Origin: Octopus sinensis
Lineage: Eukaryota
NCBI RefSeq assembly: GCF_006345805.1
Contig: NC_042998.1
Coordinates: 87,730,001 to 87,794,000, forward strand
DNA length: 64,000 nucleotides
Direction of reading: 5' to 3'
Numbering within the stretch: position 1 is the stretch's first letter; each line of letters begins with the position of its first letter. A model generated the notes under the pieces. That model saw only the letters and a list, made by a program, of their open reading frames with translations. It was not told the origin of the DNA and searched no databases. The position numbers were made by a program, and so were the translations under genes. Below, in pieces: positions 14,484 to 28,478 of this stretch.

Positions 14484-16044
14484 ATATAGAACATTACATG
14501 TTGACTAAAGAAACAAACACACACAAGCATATCAAACTTGATATGCACCATGCATTAAAATTTTGTAACTTGTTAAGTCGATGTGCTATGCTTAAGCATC
14601 TCGGCTCTAGAGTTACTGCTCCAACTCACATACATACACGCATATATATAAATATATATATAATATAATATAATTATAATATTATAATTATTAGGGAATA
14701 TTACTTCCGAGTACATTCAAATTAGATGTAATGAAATGAACATCTCTCAATGTTTAATTCGTATATATAAAAGTAATTTTAAAGCCAGAACCACCTTCAA
14801 TCAACATTGAAATATTTTATAACCGACCACTCCATAAAATGTTAAATATTAAATCTCTTACTAACTATATCTATTCTGAATACTGTATTTTCCGTTTATA
14901 AGACCACACGTGTTTCATGAAAGTACGTCGGTATTGATTAGATACGATGTATCTAGTTTCAATACTTACTCAGGTTGACATACTCCCAATCTTCAGGTCT
15001 GGATTTCTTAACATTTTTCACTATCCCTACCTCTTATATACTTCCATGATACTCTATATCTTCCCTATAATCTTACTTAACATGTACAAATGAATAGAAA
15101 TACAAATAATAAATAAAAATAATAACTGAATATTAAAAATTTAAGGAGTAAAAATTTAAGAAATAAAAATTTAAGGATTTTTTTTCTTAAAATCTTTTTT
15201 TCCTTAAATGAGATATTTCAGTTAGCGAAAGACCAATATGACTAAAACTCAGACCAGACATTTATGCCTCATTGCTTGATCGGGACGTCTGGCATGAAAG
15301 AGTTACATTGGTTCGGGCAAGTTACAAGACCTGGATGAGCGTTACTTGTAAAGAGATGGGCTCTATTTTTGGTTGACAACTTTTAGATATATACCATCAT
15401 AAAGAAGTATAAAATGGTCTGTGTAAATCGATGTAGAATGAAACGCAAATCCCGATACAACAGTTATGATTTTATGTGTCTATTTTCCTTTTCGTTTTCC
15501 TTCCCATTCATCTTTCTCTCTATCTTTCTATTCATTTTGACAAATATTATACACGTCTCAAAGGAAGGATATCAATACATTAAATTTCCCAATTTTGTCA
15601 CCACACTGCTAGACTATTGTTTCTTTATTTCCTTCGGATTTACTTATGCATCGTGTACAGCGCCATTATATAACCTTGTGGGGATACGGTAGAATTGAAT
15701 TTCTTTTCAGCTATTTTTCATGAAGTTTCGCTGATAAATAATTTAAAATTTTTGTTATAAATTTCTTTCTTTAAAAAGGAAATAACATTTTCGTGTATGT
15801 TTTAGAATGCAGTAATTTTAATTTATGTCTTATAGAAGATGTGTTCGAAATGTTTGAATCATACATATGGAAGAACGAACACTATAAAGATATTTCGAAT
15901 TAGGGGACTTTTTTGTTGAATAAATGTTTTCTTCAATAAATTACTGAATTTGTTATCACTGGAGAAAAACGCTATTTACTAAGTTACATTATAGAAGGTT
16001 TGTGTTCTTCATCTTGTATATGTACAGACAGCGCAATATTTGCA

Positions 16045-16093
<49 letters not shown>

Positions 16094-16112
16094 GTATATA
16101 TATTGTTTATTC

Positions 16113-16325
16113 GTTTATTCTTTTACTTGTTTCAGTAATTTGACTGTGGCCATGCTGGAGCAACGCCTTTAGTCGGACAAATCGACACCAGGACTTATTC
16201 TTTGTAAGCGTAGTACTTATTCTATCAGTCTTTTGCCGAACCGCTGTTTACGGGAACGTAAACACACCAACTTCGGTTATCAAGCGATGGTGAGGGGACA
16301 AACGCAGGCACACAAATACATACAT
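16113..16325 (-). mobile_element. SINE family A, 3' half
   Basis: Colinear with 31345-31560. Confidence 0.85.
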
Positions 16326-16454
16326 ATATACATATATATATATATACATACATACACATATATTATATACATACATATATATAAGTAGTTGAATGAATTA
16401 TCTTAGTATGGATAATTCGGTTAACCGATACCTTGGTAGCAAATTCACGTCAGA

Positions 16455-16489
<35 letters not shown>

Positions 16490-16634
16490 ATATATATACA
16501 TACGAACGGCAACGTGAAACTCAGAGTAACAGGTTTTGTTGAATTTTCTGCTGCTTTAAATAAAGCATATTACTCTACCACTGGTATTTGAGTACTCTTT
16601 TTTCCACCTTGTTTCACATTTATGCGTTTACTCC

Positions 16635-16678
<44 letters not shown>

Positions 16679-17929
16679 ATATTTGCTTATCTATCAGTCT
16701 ATGTATATGTATCTATCTACAACATTTTATCATATCTTAGTACTGATATTTCATTACATTTATATATCTCGACCGTTATGTTATGTACCGTTATTTATGA
16801 CATACAACAATATAATATCTATCATAAAATACATATCACAAGAGAGTTGAAACTTTAATCTTTGTTTCAGCTACCATGTTAATATACCATTATATCTTCA
16901 AAAAGCTCATAACAAATAAATAACTTGATTGAAGTACACACATATATATGCACACACATGCATAAACAAGTACTGAACACGTAAAATGTATAAAAAACGG
17001 GTACGATATATGCTGTTACGTATGTAATAGAAGTACATAAACGATGCATTACAAATCTTAAGAAACCTATGTGACTGGATGTGAAATATTTTAACTCGAC
17101 TATTTTGTCCCGATCTATTTGCCATTGCTGTTTCGACGCTGACTTATTTTACACTAGACGTTTTAATGTTTATCTCGTTCTCTTCCTCCTCTATCTCTCC
17201 TTCCTTCCTTCATTTTTTTCTATGTGTGTGAGTATATTTGTTTTTATGTGTATGAGGGGAGGCAAAGTACTTATGTCATATGTATTGAAGTTATAAATTG
17301 AAATTTCTCTCTCTCCCTGATTTAGTCTGTATGTGTACATTTCCGGGCGCACGCGTCTGTTCGCTTCTAGGGCTAAAAATATACTGTCATCAAAATAGGT
17401 TCAGTATCCAGTTAGCCATGCCAAATCGTCAGCGTCCAAGCAGCTGCGCCCAGTCATCTCATTCCGTAAATCTTTAAAAAATCTACAAATAGTTTCAAAA
17501 TACTACCTACATGCAAAAACTAATACACTCTTACACATGCAACAAAAAAATTGTACACCATTACGCACACTCACTCATTGATACACACACGTTCGCGCGC
17601 GGACACACTGCTGCGCGCACACACATACATACACACACACATACACTCACGCATACACACACATACACGTGCATACAAACTCAAGTCATAGTTAAATAAA
17701 TACAAAAATGCAGACTACACACGCAGGCCTAAAAATGGAAAAGACGAGAACAAAGAACCAAAGCTGTTTGTGACTATCCCTCGCTATCCTCCGGTGCAAC
17801 TCCTTTTCCATTTTGTCTATTGGTGCTATGAGAAATGTTTCCATATTGTGAGAAGTAAGATGTTTTGTTAATAGAAGCTTCATTTAACCAAGACTAAGAT
17901 CTCTTTGAAATATTAGTCCAGACAACTCG

Positions 17930-18350
17930 TCTATATTGTGCCAGGAATTTTCGTTATCTTCTTGACTCCAATAAATTCATTAACAACACAACTCTAATTG
18001 TATTTCTCTTGCATATGCTGCCTTCTGGAAACTGCTTCAAAGATTCTTCTGCTGCGACGGGATCAAGATGTGTATCATCGTAAGTTGAAGGTTTACAAAG
18101 CGCTTGTCTTCATAATTCTCTTGCACAGAAAAATGTATAAGTGCTGGAACACTTCAATGAAACAAAACTGTGAACCATCTTTGGCATACGATGGCAAGGC
18201 CATGTTATGCATAACAAACTTCTCTGACTGGACCAGATTCAACAGCGTTGATCCTGAGTTGTTATATTACACACTGCAATGAAACGACTATATTCAACCT
18301 GTATTGGATGATAGATTACTGAAGGTGGTGATGTAAAGGCAACTATAAGA
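17930..18350 (+). mobile_element. RTE-clade LINE, decayed RT/C-terminal fragment
   Basis: Translation across frameshifts gives AYAAFWKLLQR, RKLKVYKALVFIILL, VLEHF, TIFGIRWQ and LDDRLLKVVM, matching the RTE ORF2 pattern (TKxxVYxAxVxxxLLY...IxWQD...DxRLPKxV). Confidence 0.8.
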
Positions 18351-18646
18351 AGGAATGAATTTAGTTGGGTTCCGATGAAGATCGACTAAAGCGAACATCG
18401 TAAGCTTTTATATTGATATTTCCTCGTAGACGCACTCACATTTATTAATATATTCTCTCTCTCTCTCTTTCATAAGTCATTGATACAGCAATATATCTGT
18501 GGCAATAGGTCACCGGTTAAGGTTTTTCACGAGCCCCAGGACCCTTAAGACCGGTTACCCAGTTTCCATCGCATATAAATGACTGAGATCACAAGATTTC
18601 CATTGGTTGCGATGCTAGTCGGTTGCAGGGTCCAAGGTAACAATCT

Positions 18647-18833
18647 TGAGGGAAGGAGGCAAGTGGATTGCATCGACATCGATACTTTACTGGTACTTTA
18701 TTATATCGACCTCAAAAGGATGAAAGGTAAAGTTAATCTCGGCGTGATTTGAACTCAGAATGTAAAGAGCCAAAAGAAACACCTCTAAACAGTTTTGTTC
18801 GACGTGCTAACGCATCTACCAGCTTGCCACCTT
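18647..18833 (-). mobile_element. SINE family B
   Basis: Colinear with 28262-28478. Confidence 0.8.
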
Positions 18834-19977
18834 TGCGATAAATAGATTTTATATTTATATAGAATTATCTGTAATTAGAGAATAATTAGAGAGTACATTT
18901 ATAATTATCTTATTTAGAATTAAAGACGGTTATAAAAAATAAAACATACTCATATTTGGTATGATTCATATTTATGTACGTATATTTATCAACACAGTAT
19001 TCTGATAACTTTTACACAGATTGAAACAATATCTAACATAACTTGTGGAGAATTATTAGTTCTTAATATGTATCAGCCAATCTCTTAATACAAATTAGCT
19101 TAATTACATTTCTGATTATGAAATGATATCAACTGAAATGCACAAATGAAAAATTCGCAGAGCAAGAAACAATGTTTAATAAAACTCATTCAATATTCTA
19201 AAAAAATTTTGATTTAGCAAACTGATAACACTATATCCCTACAAGTCATCTCTACGAGTTATCTCAACGAAGGTTATTCCTACTGAAACACGAAAGGATA
19301 GGCGAAAATAATAAATTAATCCACACCTTAATATCTGCTGCTTTTCACAGCAAAGATAACGCGGGCATGAAAAAGTACCCTTTACACAAGGAAAAGTTTA
19401 AAGTGCATAATGATCCGTAAAACACGTTAGGTGCTTAATGCCTTGGTAGACTATTTTCTTTCTAAACAACATCTCTTAAAACATTTATTTTTAACCTTTT
19501 ACTGGTTTCAAAAATTCGACTAGCAGATTCGACACGTTACTTGAATATTGAGAACAAAAGGTCAGAATTTTGGAAAAATCCTTATTTCTTCATTATTATT
19601 AGTGCTTTCGTTCTTCTCTAGAATTTATCAAATACAATTTTGTGAATGTACAAACAGTTGTTCATTTATATAAAACAGATGTTCTTTTTGGGTTTTGTCT
19701 AGAAGAGAACATTGTTTTGGGTGTTTTGGGTGAGGTTCCAAGACAATGGAAATAAACACACACACACACATAAAGAATGTAGTTGTGTAAATCCGGAACA
19801 ATGCGAGGTGTTATAAAGTAAACTACAAATTGAAAAGAAAAAAGAACAAAGTTGCAGCTTTACCCTGTATTTCTATATTTCAGGTTGAAGACCCCTTCTT
19901 CAGAACATTGGGAAAAGCGGTGTTTGGAAAAATTTGTTGCTCTGTGTACACACACACACACACACACATAAACACTC

Positions 19978-20170
19978 ACCTTTCTACATTAGGCACAAGA
20001 CCTGAAATTTTGGAGAAGGCGAGGCTAGTCGATCACATCGACCTCCCTGCACGACTGGTACTTATTTCCTTGACATCGAAAATGATGAAAGGTGAAGTCG
20101 ACATTGACGGAATTTCAAGACGGGCAAAATTCCGCAAAGCATTTTGTTAGGCGTGCTAACGACTCTGCAC
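19978..20170 (-). mobile_element. SINE family B
   Basis: Tail tttctacattaggcacaagacctgaaatttt and body match other copies. Confidence 0.8.
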
Positions 20171-20185
20171 ATAATATATATATAT

Positions 20186-20400
20186 GCTGAGACCCGCTTC
20201 GGTCATGACTGACCATGGGATTGCACCTAGAAAGTTACCCTCCCAAGCAAAAGTCCTGTGACGTCGCAACTCATTTCTACAGCTGAGTGAACTGGAGCAA
20301 CGTGAAATAAAGTGTTCTTGCTCAAGAACACAACACGCAGCCCGGTCCGGGATTCGAACTCACAACCTCGCGGTGGTAAGCTCGACGTTCTCACCACTGA
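20186..20400 (-). mobile_element. tRNA-derived SINE family C
   Basis: Minus strand reads tcagtggtgagaacg...gagttcgaatcccgg (A-box remnant and B box), then ttgtgttcttgagcaagaacacttta, a CORE/V-type central-domain-like motif. Confidence 0.75.
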
Positions 20401-20504
20401 AAAGTAAAAGAAAAAACACAGAAAAAATGCACACTTGGGGTATATATATATATACAAACAAATGGGTTGAAGTTATATTAAGATGTTATATTAATATCTA
20501 TCAG

Positions 20505-20528
20505 ATAGATAGATAGATAGATAAATAA

Positions 20529-20595
<67 letters not shown>
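20505..20595. repeat. (GATA)n microsatellite
   Basis: Direct reading. Confidence 0.95.
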
Positions 20596-21359
20596 TAAAC
20601 GACTATATATTATACACGCACACACATATTCATCTTGCTGCATCCAATAAATACGATATTTTGTATTTCAATTTAATGCCACACTGAAAATTAATCTTAG
20701 ATATAAAATTATGTAAAAAAATGATATTTGCCTTGGAGACGAATTCAGAAATATTTATTGTATTGTATTTGTTAGCACATTTTTCAATAGATATTTTATA
20801 TAAGCATAAGATATCAAAAGATATCAAATATGTTTTTTATGCGTGCTGGGGAGTGTGTGAAGTTCAAATTTTTTCAATAAGTCAAGAGAAATAACATAGC
20901 TACAATCATAAATGTGTTGGCATCAACTAGTTATCGATTTTATATATATGTTAACACCAAGCGATACGTTTCTGAGAAAGTTATGTTATATAATGTATCA
21001 ATTTCAATATATGACCAGTAAGTAATTTATCGACCCCCAGATGAGTAGCGATAATCTTGGTAAGAATTAAAATTTGGACAGCGCAGAATATATATATATA
21101 TAAATATAATAAAGAATGTATTCCTGTATGGCCAATGAATCTCTAGATGTAAGTCCTTGAACTTAACATCGAGTATAAAGGGGAGATTATCTGTGATTAT
21201 TTATATGAATGCGATAAATGTTTTCATTTCACATAATCAGAGATAACGAAGAATTATTTCTTTTGACTTCGCATCTGTCTTTCTGTCTGCATATATACAG
21301 ATATTCATACAATAGATGCAGGCGTGGCTGTGTGGTAAGTTTATTGCTTACTACTAAGT

Positions 21360-22600
21360 TGTGGACGCGTTTTTCCGCACTGAGAAAGTAACGGAGTTTG
21401 ACGTTGAACTGAACATTTGAAGTACGACAACAGGTAAGGCATTTGTTTTTTGGGAGCTTAGTGAAGTATGTTGTCCGCACTGTTTATTATTTTTTCGAAC
21501 AAGGGTCTCCACTGGGTTCCAGACATTTGTTTGCTAGTGACCGTACTAAAAGACTCACTTTTTAGTGAGAATTGCGTTTGTTTTCGGGAGGAGTGCCCTT
21601 CCGAAAGATTATGATTTTATGTGACTGTGTGCACTTCGTGGATTTTACCATTTGGAGTACAACCAGATTTGGAGGAATTTTTTGCTGCTATTTTTGTGTT
21701 GCAAGGGATTTTTAACTGTGCTACAAAGGATTACCAATGTTGAATTTTGTTGTCATTTGAACTGTCTTCCTTCGTTCTTTTTCTCTTGTCTGTCTTTCTG
21801 CTCGTTTTTGTGTCTGCATTAGAAACTTTTATTTGAAGATTTGTGATTTTGTTGTGGACTTTTGTATTTTAGTTTATTTTATTAATGGCACCCAAATGTA
21901 AGTAGCCTTAGAATGGCGAATTGTGGCCCCCAAGGCGTGGTTAAAAAACTATGATGAGAGAATGGTGGTGTTGCAGACCTATTGCAAGGTCCGCGACACC
22001 ATCTGTGTATTCTCTCAGACTGAAATATTAGAAGAGTTGGCAGGGTTTGCGCCAACTTGTAGGTTCATCCATAGGGGCGCAAAGTACGCAATGGTATGCA
22101 TACTTTTCGATACCTCTACGGAGGTGGCCTCTTGAATGTAAAAATACTGCCTGCGGTCGATTGGGTCGGATCAAAAGCAATTTTGACCCAAAGGGACCAA
22201 TCGGCCGAAGATCTGGTTTTACCAGATTTCTTGACAATGGCCGGTTCCAGGCACCCGGTGATCATTGAGGACACTCTCCCCCAAGAGTCACCTGTGCCTG
22301 GTATCAGGGCACATGAAGAAGAACTGCTGACGGGGCCAGGCGAAGGTCCTGGAACAGTTGATTGATGACTGTAAACCTCATGTTCCCCCAACGGAGCCTC
22401 CTGCTTCATCACTGGAGGGAGAGAGGGAGAAAGTCGAAGAGGAGGTAACCTCCTCGAGAAAAGGTACTAAGAGAAAGAAGGTGGGCAACCATTGTTGCCC
22501 ACCTTCTTTCGGTGGGATGTATGCCTCCGGAGAGGGAGAAGAAGACAACCTTGTCGGTGGGATGTGCGCCACTGAGCGAGGTAGTTGAAGTTTCTCTCAA
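21360..22600 (+). mobile_element. L1/Tx1-like LINE, 5' UTR plus decayed ORF1
   Basis: Broken ORF ending DLVLPDFLTMAGSRHPVIIEDTLP then SHLCLVSGHMKKNC (22286-22327), a CX2CX4HX4C knuckle with the first Cys changed to Ser, followed by an acidic/basic low-complexity linker. The boundaries are approximate. Confidence 0.6.
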
Positions 22601-23311
22601 TGAAAGTGATGAGACATCAGGAATAAAATTTGTTTGGGTCATAGCTTGTCACTGATTTTGGCTCAGTTTTAATTTATTAGTCATGTTTATCAAATATAAG
22701 ACTAGAGAATAGTGTCTGTTAGGAAAGGGCATGAGGGAGCTGACAGAATCATAGTGGATATAGTCATAAAACTTGTCAAGATTATTTTGAATTAGTATAA
22801 AGTAACTGGCTATAATGAGGTTGGGTAGTGGAAGACCTCAAATCAAGATGTTAATTATCAGTTAAAGAGGTAAGTTGTTAATAAAACCAATGGTGATAAT
22901 TCAGAGGAAATTTTATCATGTGGTACTATAGGTAATTGATTTAAACAATATTGTTATATTGTATAAAGATAAACTTTAGGGTTATCCAGAAAAAAATATA
23001 ACCAAAATGATAAATTTTGAATAATTTTGAATATATACCAAAATTTTCAACAATAGAAAGAGAAAAAAATTATAGGATTTAAGTAAAATTATACAAATGC
23101 GTCCGACTGATTAAAAAGAATTCTATTTATTTCTTTATGCAGCTAAGGATACCCTGCATTTAAATTGACGTAATGGTTGCATTGTTCAATTAAATGGAGT
23201 CGCTTGAAACGGACGTACTGCATCAACTCTGAACATCCTGTTGCTTACGTTGATATACATACATACATACATACATATATATCTATATCTATCTATCTGC
23301 CTGTCTGTCTT

Positions 23312-23391
<80 letters not shown>

Positions 23392-24152
23392 ATATATATA
23401 TATATATATATATTTACACGTGTGTTTGTGTGTGCATGTACTGGGGTTACCTGTTAAGAAAACATTGAAAAAGTTTGTGAAATAAGTTACTTAAGCATTT
23501 CCCCACCACCAGCACCACCACTAACGTATCCCGCTATACTTTTGCGCTTGAACACCTCTACACACATACATTCAGCCTCAGAGTCTACTCACACTACTCC
23601 TAACTTGCACCTATATCTAAAGAAAGATACAACCCGATGGGTACATCTGCTTTACGCCCATTCTAGCCCCTCCTCTCACCACAGAATGGCATTCCTACTG
23701 GCACAATGTTTCGTTCTCTTTTTCCTTTCTCCTCTACTATTTTTCATCTTCCTCACTTCTACAAATTTCTTCCGATGAAGAACAAGCGTCCGAAACATTA
23801 TGATACATTACTTGTTTACTTTAAGCGTTAAACTAATAAGGCATTTGTAAAACTTTGTCTCTCTTGGGTGTCTTTTTACTTATACTTCCTTCGTAACTTT
23901 TACAACACACACACACACACACATACACACACATGCACGCACGCACATCCCATTATATATATATGCATACATAAGCACACATACACACATATATATATAA
24001 AGTAGCATGTATAATATACATATAATGTTTTGTATATATATGTGTGTGTCTGTGTGTGTGTGGGAAGTTACATATAGTATATATATGATGTTATATATAC
24101 AATATATATATATGATGTTACATATATCTATATATCTATATCTATCTATCTA

Positions 24153-24228
<76 letters not shown>

Positions 24229-24241
24229 ATATATATATATA

Positions 24242-24273
<32 letters not shown>

Positions 24274-24849
24274 GTATATATATGCGCATATACACGCCAG
24301 CACACACATCTATATTAAACCTTGCCTATACAAACATATACAAATGTATATACATGCATCATACCTATATACTTATCTACAAGCCTATCTACCTATTTAC
24401 ATGCATACATACATAAATACTTATATATATATCTACACGATGATGGTGAATTTATAATAACGATATATAAATGATTGAGATTATATTCCAATGGTATTAC
24501 AGTGTGACTAAGTAGATCTTCCTTTCCATATTAGTTTGTTTGGATATGTGACATGTAACTATCTGTCTTTGAAACTGTTTTATCATTCTGTAGCTCAGCA
24601 CATTCTCATTTAGATAAGGTCAAATAACCTCCATTCATCTTCGTATGCTTAGTTTCATTCTAGGGTATCGTATATCACATGTTATCGCCAACCATTCCCG
24701 TACAACACGATAATCTAGTACACGCAAACACATACGCAACACACTCATGCCCAATGTATGCACAATTACGCATACATGTACTATAAAGATATATACACAC
24801 ACATGCAAACACACACAGACATACACACATCAAACATATACGCATACAT

Positions 24850-24920
24850 ATATATATATTAATATAAATACGTATACATCTTATACATATATATGCATGT
24901 GTATATATATATATACACAC

Positions 24921-24955
<35 letters not shown>

Positions 24956-25042
24956 TGTATCCTCATAAAAGCATACATAAATGTATATTCATATATATAT
25001 ATTCACACATGTTTAGTGTCAGATACATACATATATATGAAA

Positions 25043-25137
<95 letters not shown>

Positions 25138-25167
25138 GTCTACCTACCTACCTACCTACCTACCTAC

Positions 25168-25216
<49 letters not shown>

Positions 25217-25492
25217 ATCTATCTATCTATCTATTTATCTATCCATCTCTATATACATACATACATACATATATATGTATATACATCTATATATAAGTAT
25301 ATAAATATATATATGTATATATATACATATATATCTGTATATATATACACATATATATATGTACGTTATATATATATGTGTATATATATATATATACATA
25401 TATACATATATACACATATATATTATATATATATATATATAATATATATATATAATATGTATATATACATATATATATGAATGTATGTATAT

Positions 25493-25542
<50 letters not shown>
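24850..25542. repeat. Compound microsatellite (TA/TATG/TATC/TACC/GA)
   Basis: Direct reading; source of the 195-aa and 121-aa low-complexity ORFs. Confidence 0.95.
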
Positions 25543-25543
<1 letters not shown>

Positions 25544-25689
25544 TTCAAGTATTAGTGTTGCTGAATCTTGTTTACATTAAAGCTACATACAATTCATCAT
25601 TGTCTTTCATCATTGCAATCTTGAATATTATCCTTATGTGAACTTCATCATTATCACCGTCCTTGTCGTCATCGTCGTTGCATTATTCA

Positions 25690-25731
25690 CTGACACAACT
25701 GTCATCGCCATCATCATCGTCATCATCATCG

Positions 25732-25789
<58 letters not shown>

Positions 25790-25835
25790 CAACATCATCA
25801 CCACCACCATTATCACCGCCAATGCCACCACCGCC
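25690..25835. repeat. (CAT)n/(CAC)n microsatellite
   Basis: Direct reading. Confidence 0.95.
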
Positions 25836-26163
25836 GTTGTCTTCAAGGAAGATATTCATTTCCTAATCCCATCTTTTTCTCTTATCTTTCTTTTCATTTC
25901 TTTTATATCTCCCCTATATATGTGTATGTCTTGTTTCGTTTAATCATCGTTTAATTCGAATTTATTATTGTTTAGTCAAAACATTACTACTCATAAATCT
26001 GATTTATTTATTATTAAAATTTAGTATAGAAGCCAAAGTTTTTCTTCTCAATCTCTCAAACGTCTAAGTTTCATTACCAATGTTACGGTATGTCTTCAGA
26101 TAAATAATTGAAAAATATGACCCATTATATACGACAGCAGTAGAGATTTCATTCCACAGAGAC

Positions 26164-26231
<68 letters not shown>

Positions 26232-27099
26232 TGTACAAACAACTATGCACACACATATGTATAAGTATGCATGTGCGTGTGCGTGTGTGTTTGTGTATTT
26301 GTGCGTGCAAATTACAATTTTCAGTTAACTGTTGCCGTACTGGCATTATTTTCAGGGTTTTGCTGGATTATATCGATCCCGCTCCTTTGTCTGGTTACAT
26401 TACTTTATCGATCTAGGCGTAAAAAGATATGTTGAACAAAGCTAAATACTGCAGATATTGTTCACCCCGACGCATACACATTCATTCACTCAGACACACA
26501 CTCAAGCACGCACACGCGCATACATACACATGCATACACGCACACACACACAGACACTCACTCACTCACTCACTCACTCACTCACACATAAATACATATA
26601 ATACATCCGGCAGTCTTGCATATTTCTTCCGTTTTCCAAATACCGAATGTCACTCATATGCCACTGAACGAGCCTAGGCAATGTAAGAAAACAAATGTTA
26701 AAGTTACAAGGCGGTGGGATTGCTCACCGAACGATATACTAATGAAATGAGCCATTCAACCGCAAGAATATAGTAAAGAGAAATCCTAGACTAATTCAAA
26801 GATCATTGGTTGACATGTGATTAACTGGAAAACCACTAGCTATTAAGCAATATCGAGCTGACAGATACCTATTTTTTTTTAGATCGATGATGTTGCATAT
26901 CTCAAGAAATGACGTTAATTGAGATAAATATAAATTTGTTTGGATGCATTTACATATAAAACCACAAGCGATGTAGAAAATATATATTTGAATGTAGCCT
27001 CATTTGATGAAAAGGAAACTATATGTTTATCAATATTGGGAAGTAAATTTCTTAGAATGGCAGATGGTGATTATAATTCTCATATATATTTACATGCAT

Positions 27100-27168
27100 C
27101 ACATACATACATACATACATACATACATACATACATACATACATACATACATACACATATACGTGCGC

Positions 27169-27199
<31 letters not shown>

Positions 27200-27222
27200 T
27201 GTATGTGTATGTAGTATGTATG

Positions 27223-27275
<53 letters not shown>
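27100..27275. repeat. (TACA)n-(TATG)n-(TA)n compound microsatellite
   Basis: Direct reading. Confidence 0.95.
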
Positions 27276-27278
<3 letters not shown>

Positions 27279-28261
27279 AAAAGGAAAACGAAGAAATTGA
27301 GATAAAGACATCAATTTATTAGAGCATATTTAATTCCAAACAAAAGCAAACTCATAGCACCATAATTGTTTCCATGCCACATTAATTCAATTTGAGAAAT
27401 TAAATTAAAGTTTCCTATTGAACATAGCTAATTGGATATTTCGTCTGGGGAAGAAATTAATAAAATGGAGCTACATACCGCCAACCACTGTTACACCTTT
27501 AATAATTGAAATAAGTCGTCTTACACTAGCGATAGCAAATTTATTTGGGACTTGAAGGGCTAGAATAAAATGTTTACTGTGAAATGGGAAATAATAAGCA
27601 TGTCTGGTTCCTATAAAATTGAAAATACCTATTGTTTTCTCGTTGTGGAAGAGTTATTCAAGATTTTAAATTCTAGACGTAGACTCCTTAACACCAAAAT
27701 AGAGGGTGAATTATCCTGTCTTCATGCCTGTAAGTATGTTTTCAAAAACTACCATTGAATATAATGTAAAAGTTCCTGGGACTATAAATTAGGTGGGTAT
27801 CTCAGGATTAAATATACTAACAATTATAACTAGAAAGATTAGATAATTCTTAGTAGCTATATTAATATTAAAATATAAAATAAATGGTAATTATGAACAT
27901 AAGGTCTTATTTACAAGTAACTGCTTTTTATAAAGGTTACTAGGACTTTAATTTAAATACGTATCTCAGGAATTTGCAATTATTATTATGTCTTTTTTTA
28001 AATAAGTAATATTAAGTTAAAGACACTGCGTATTAATTTAATAATGGTTTTAATTTTTTGATTATTTTGATTTGTTAACGTTAATGCTTTTCTCAGTTGA
28101 GATCGTTTGTATCTATTCTCATTATTATATAAATAAATATATTCAGCACAAATGTTGATGACGTAATATTCAGCTATGGTAAATGGTAAGCAATTTTGAT
28201 TCTTCATCATCTTGTGGCTTTCAACACATTAATACACGCATGCACAGATACATAAAAAAAT

Positions 28262-28478
28262 ATTCTTTTCTACTTTGGGTACAAGGCCCGAAGTTTCTGG
28301 AGAGGAGCCAGCTGATTAGATCGACCCTAGTACGCAACTAATACTTAATTTATCGACCCCGAAATAATGAAAGGCAAAGTCGACCTCGGCGGAATTTAAA
28401 CTCAGAACATAAAGACAGACGAAATACCGCTGAGCATTTCACCCGGCATGCTAACGTTTCTGCCAGCTCGCCGCCTTA
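28262..28478 (-). mobile_element. SINE family B, near full length
   Basis: Minus strand: taaggcggcgagctggcagaaacgttagc head, gagtttaaattccgccgagg box, ggggtcgataaattaagt body and gtagaaaag tail. Confidence 0.9.
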
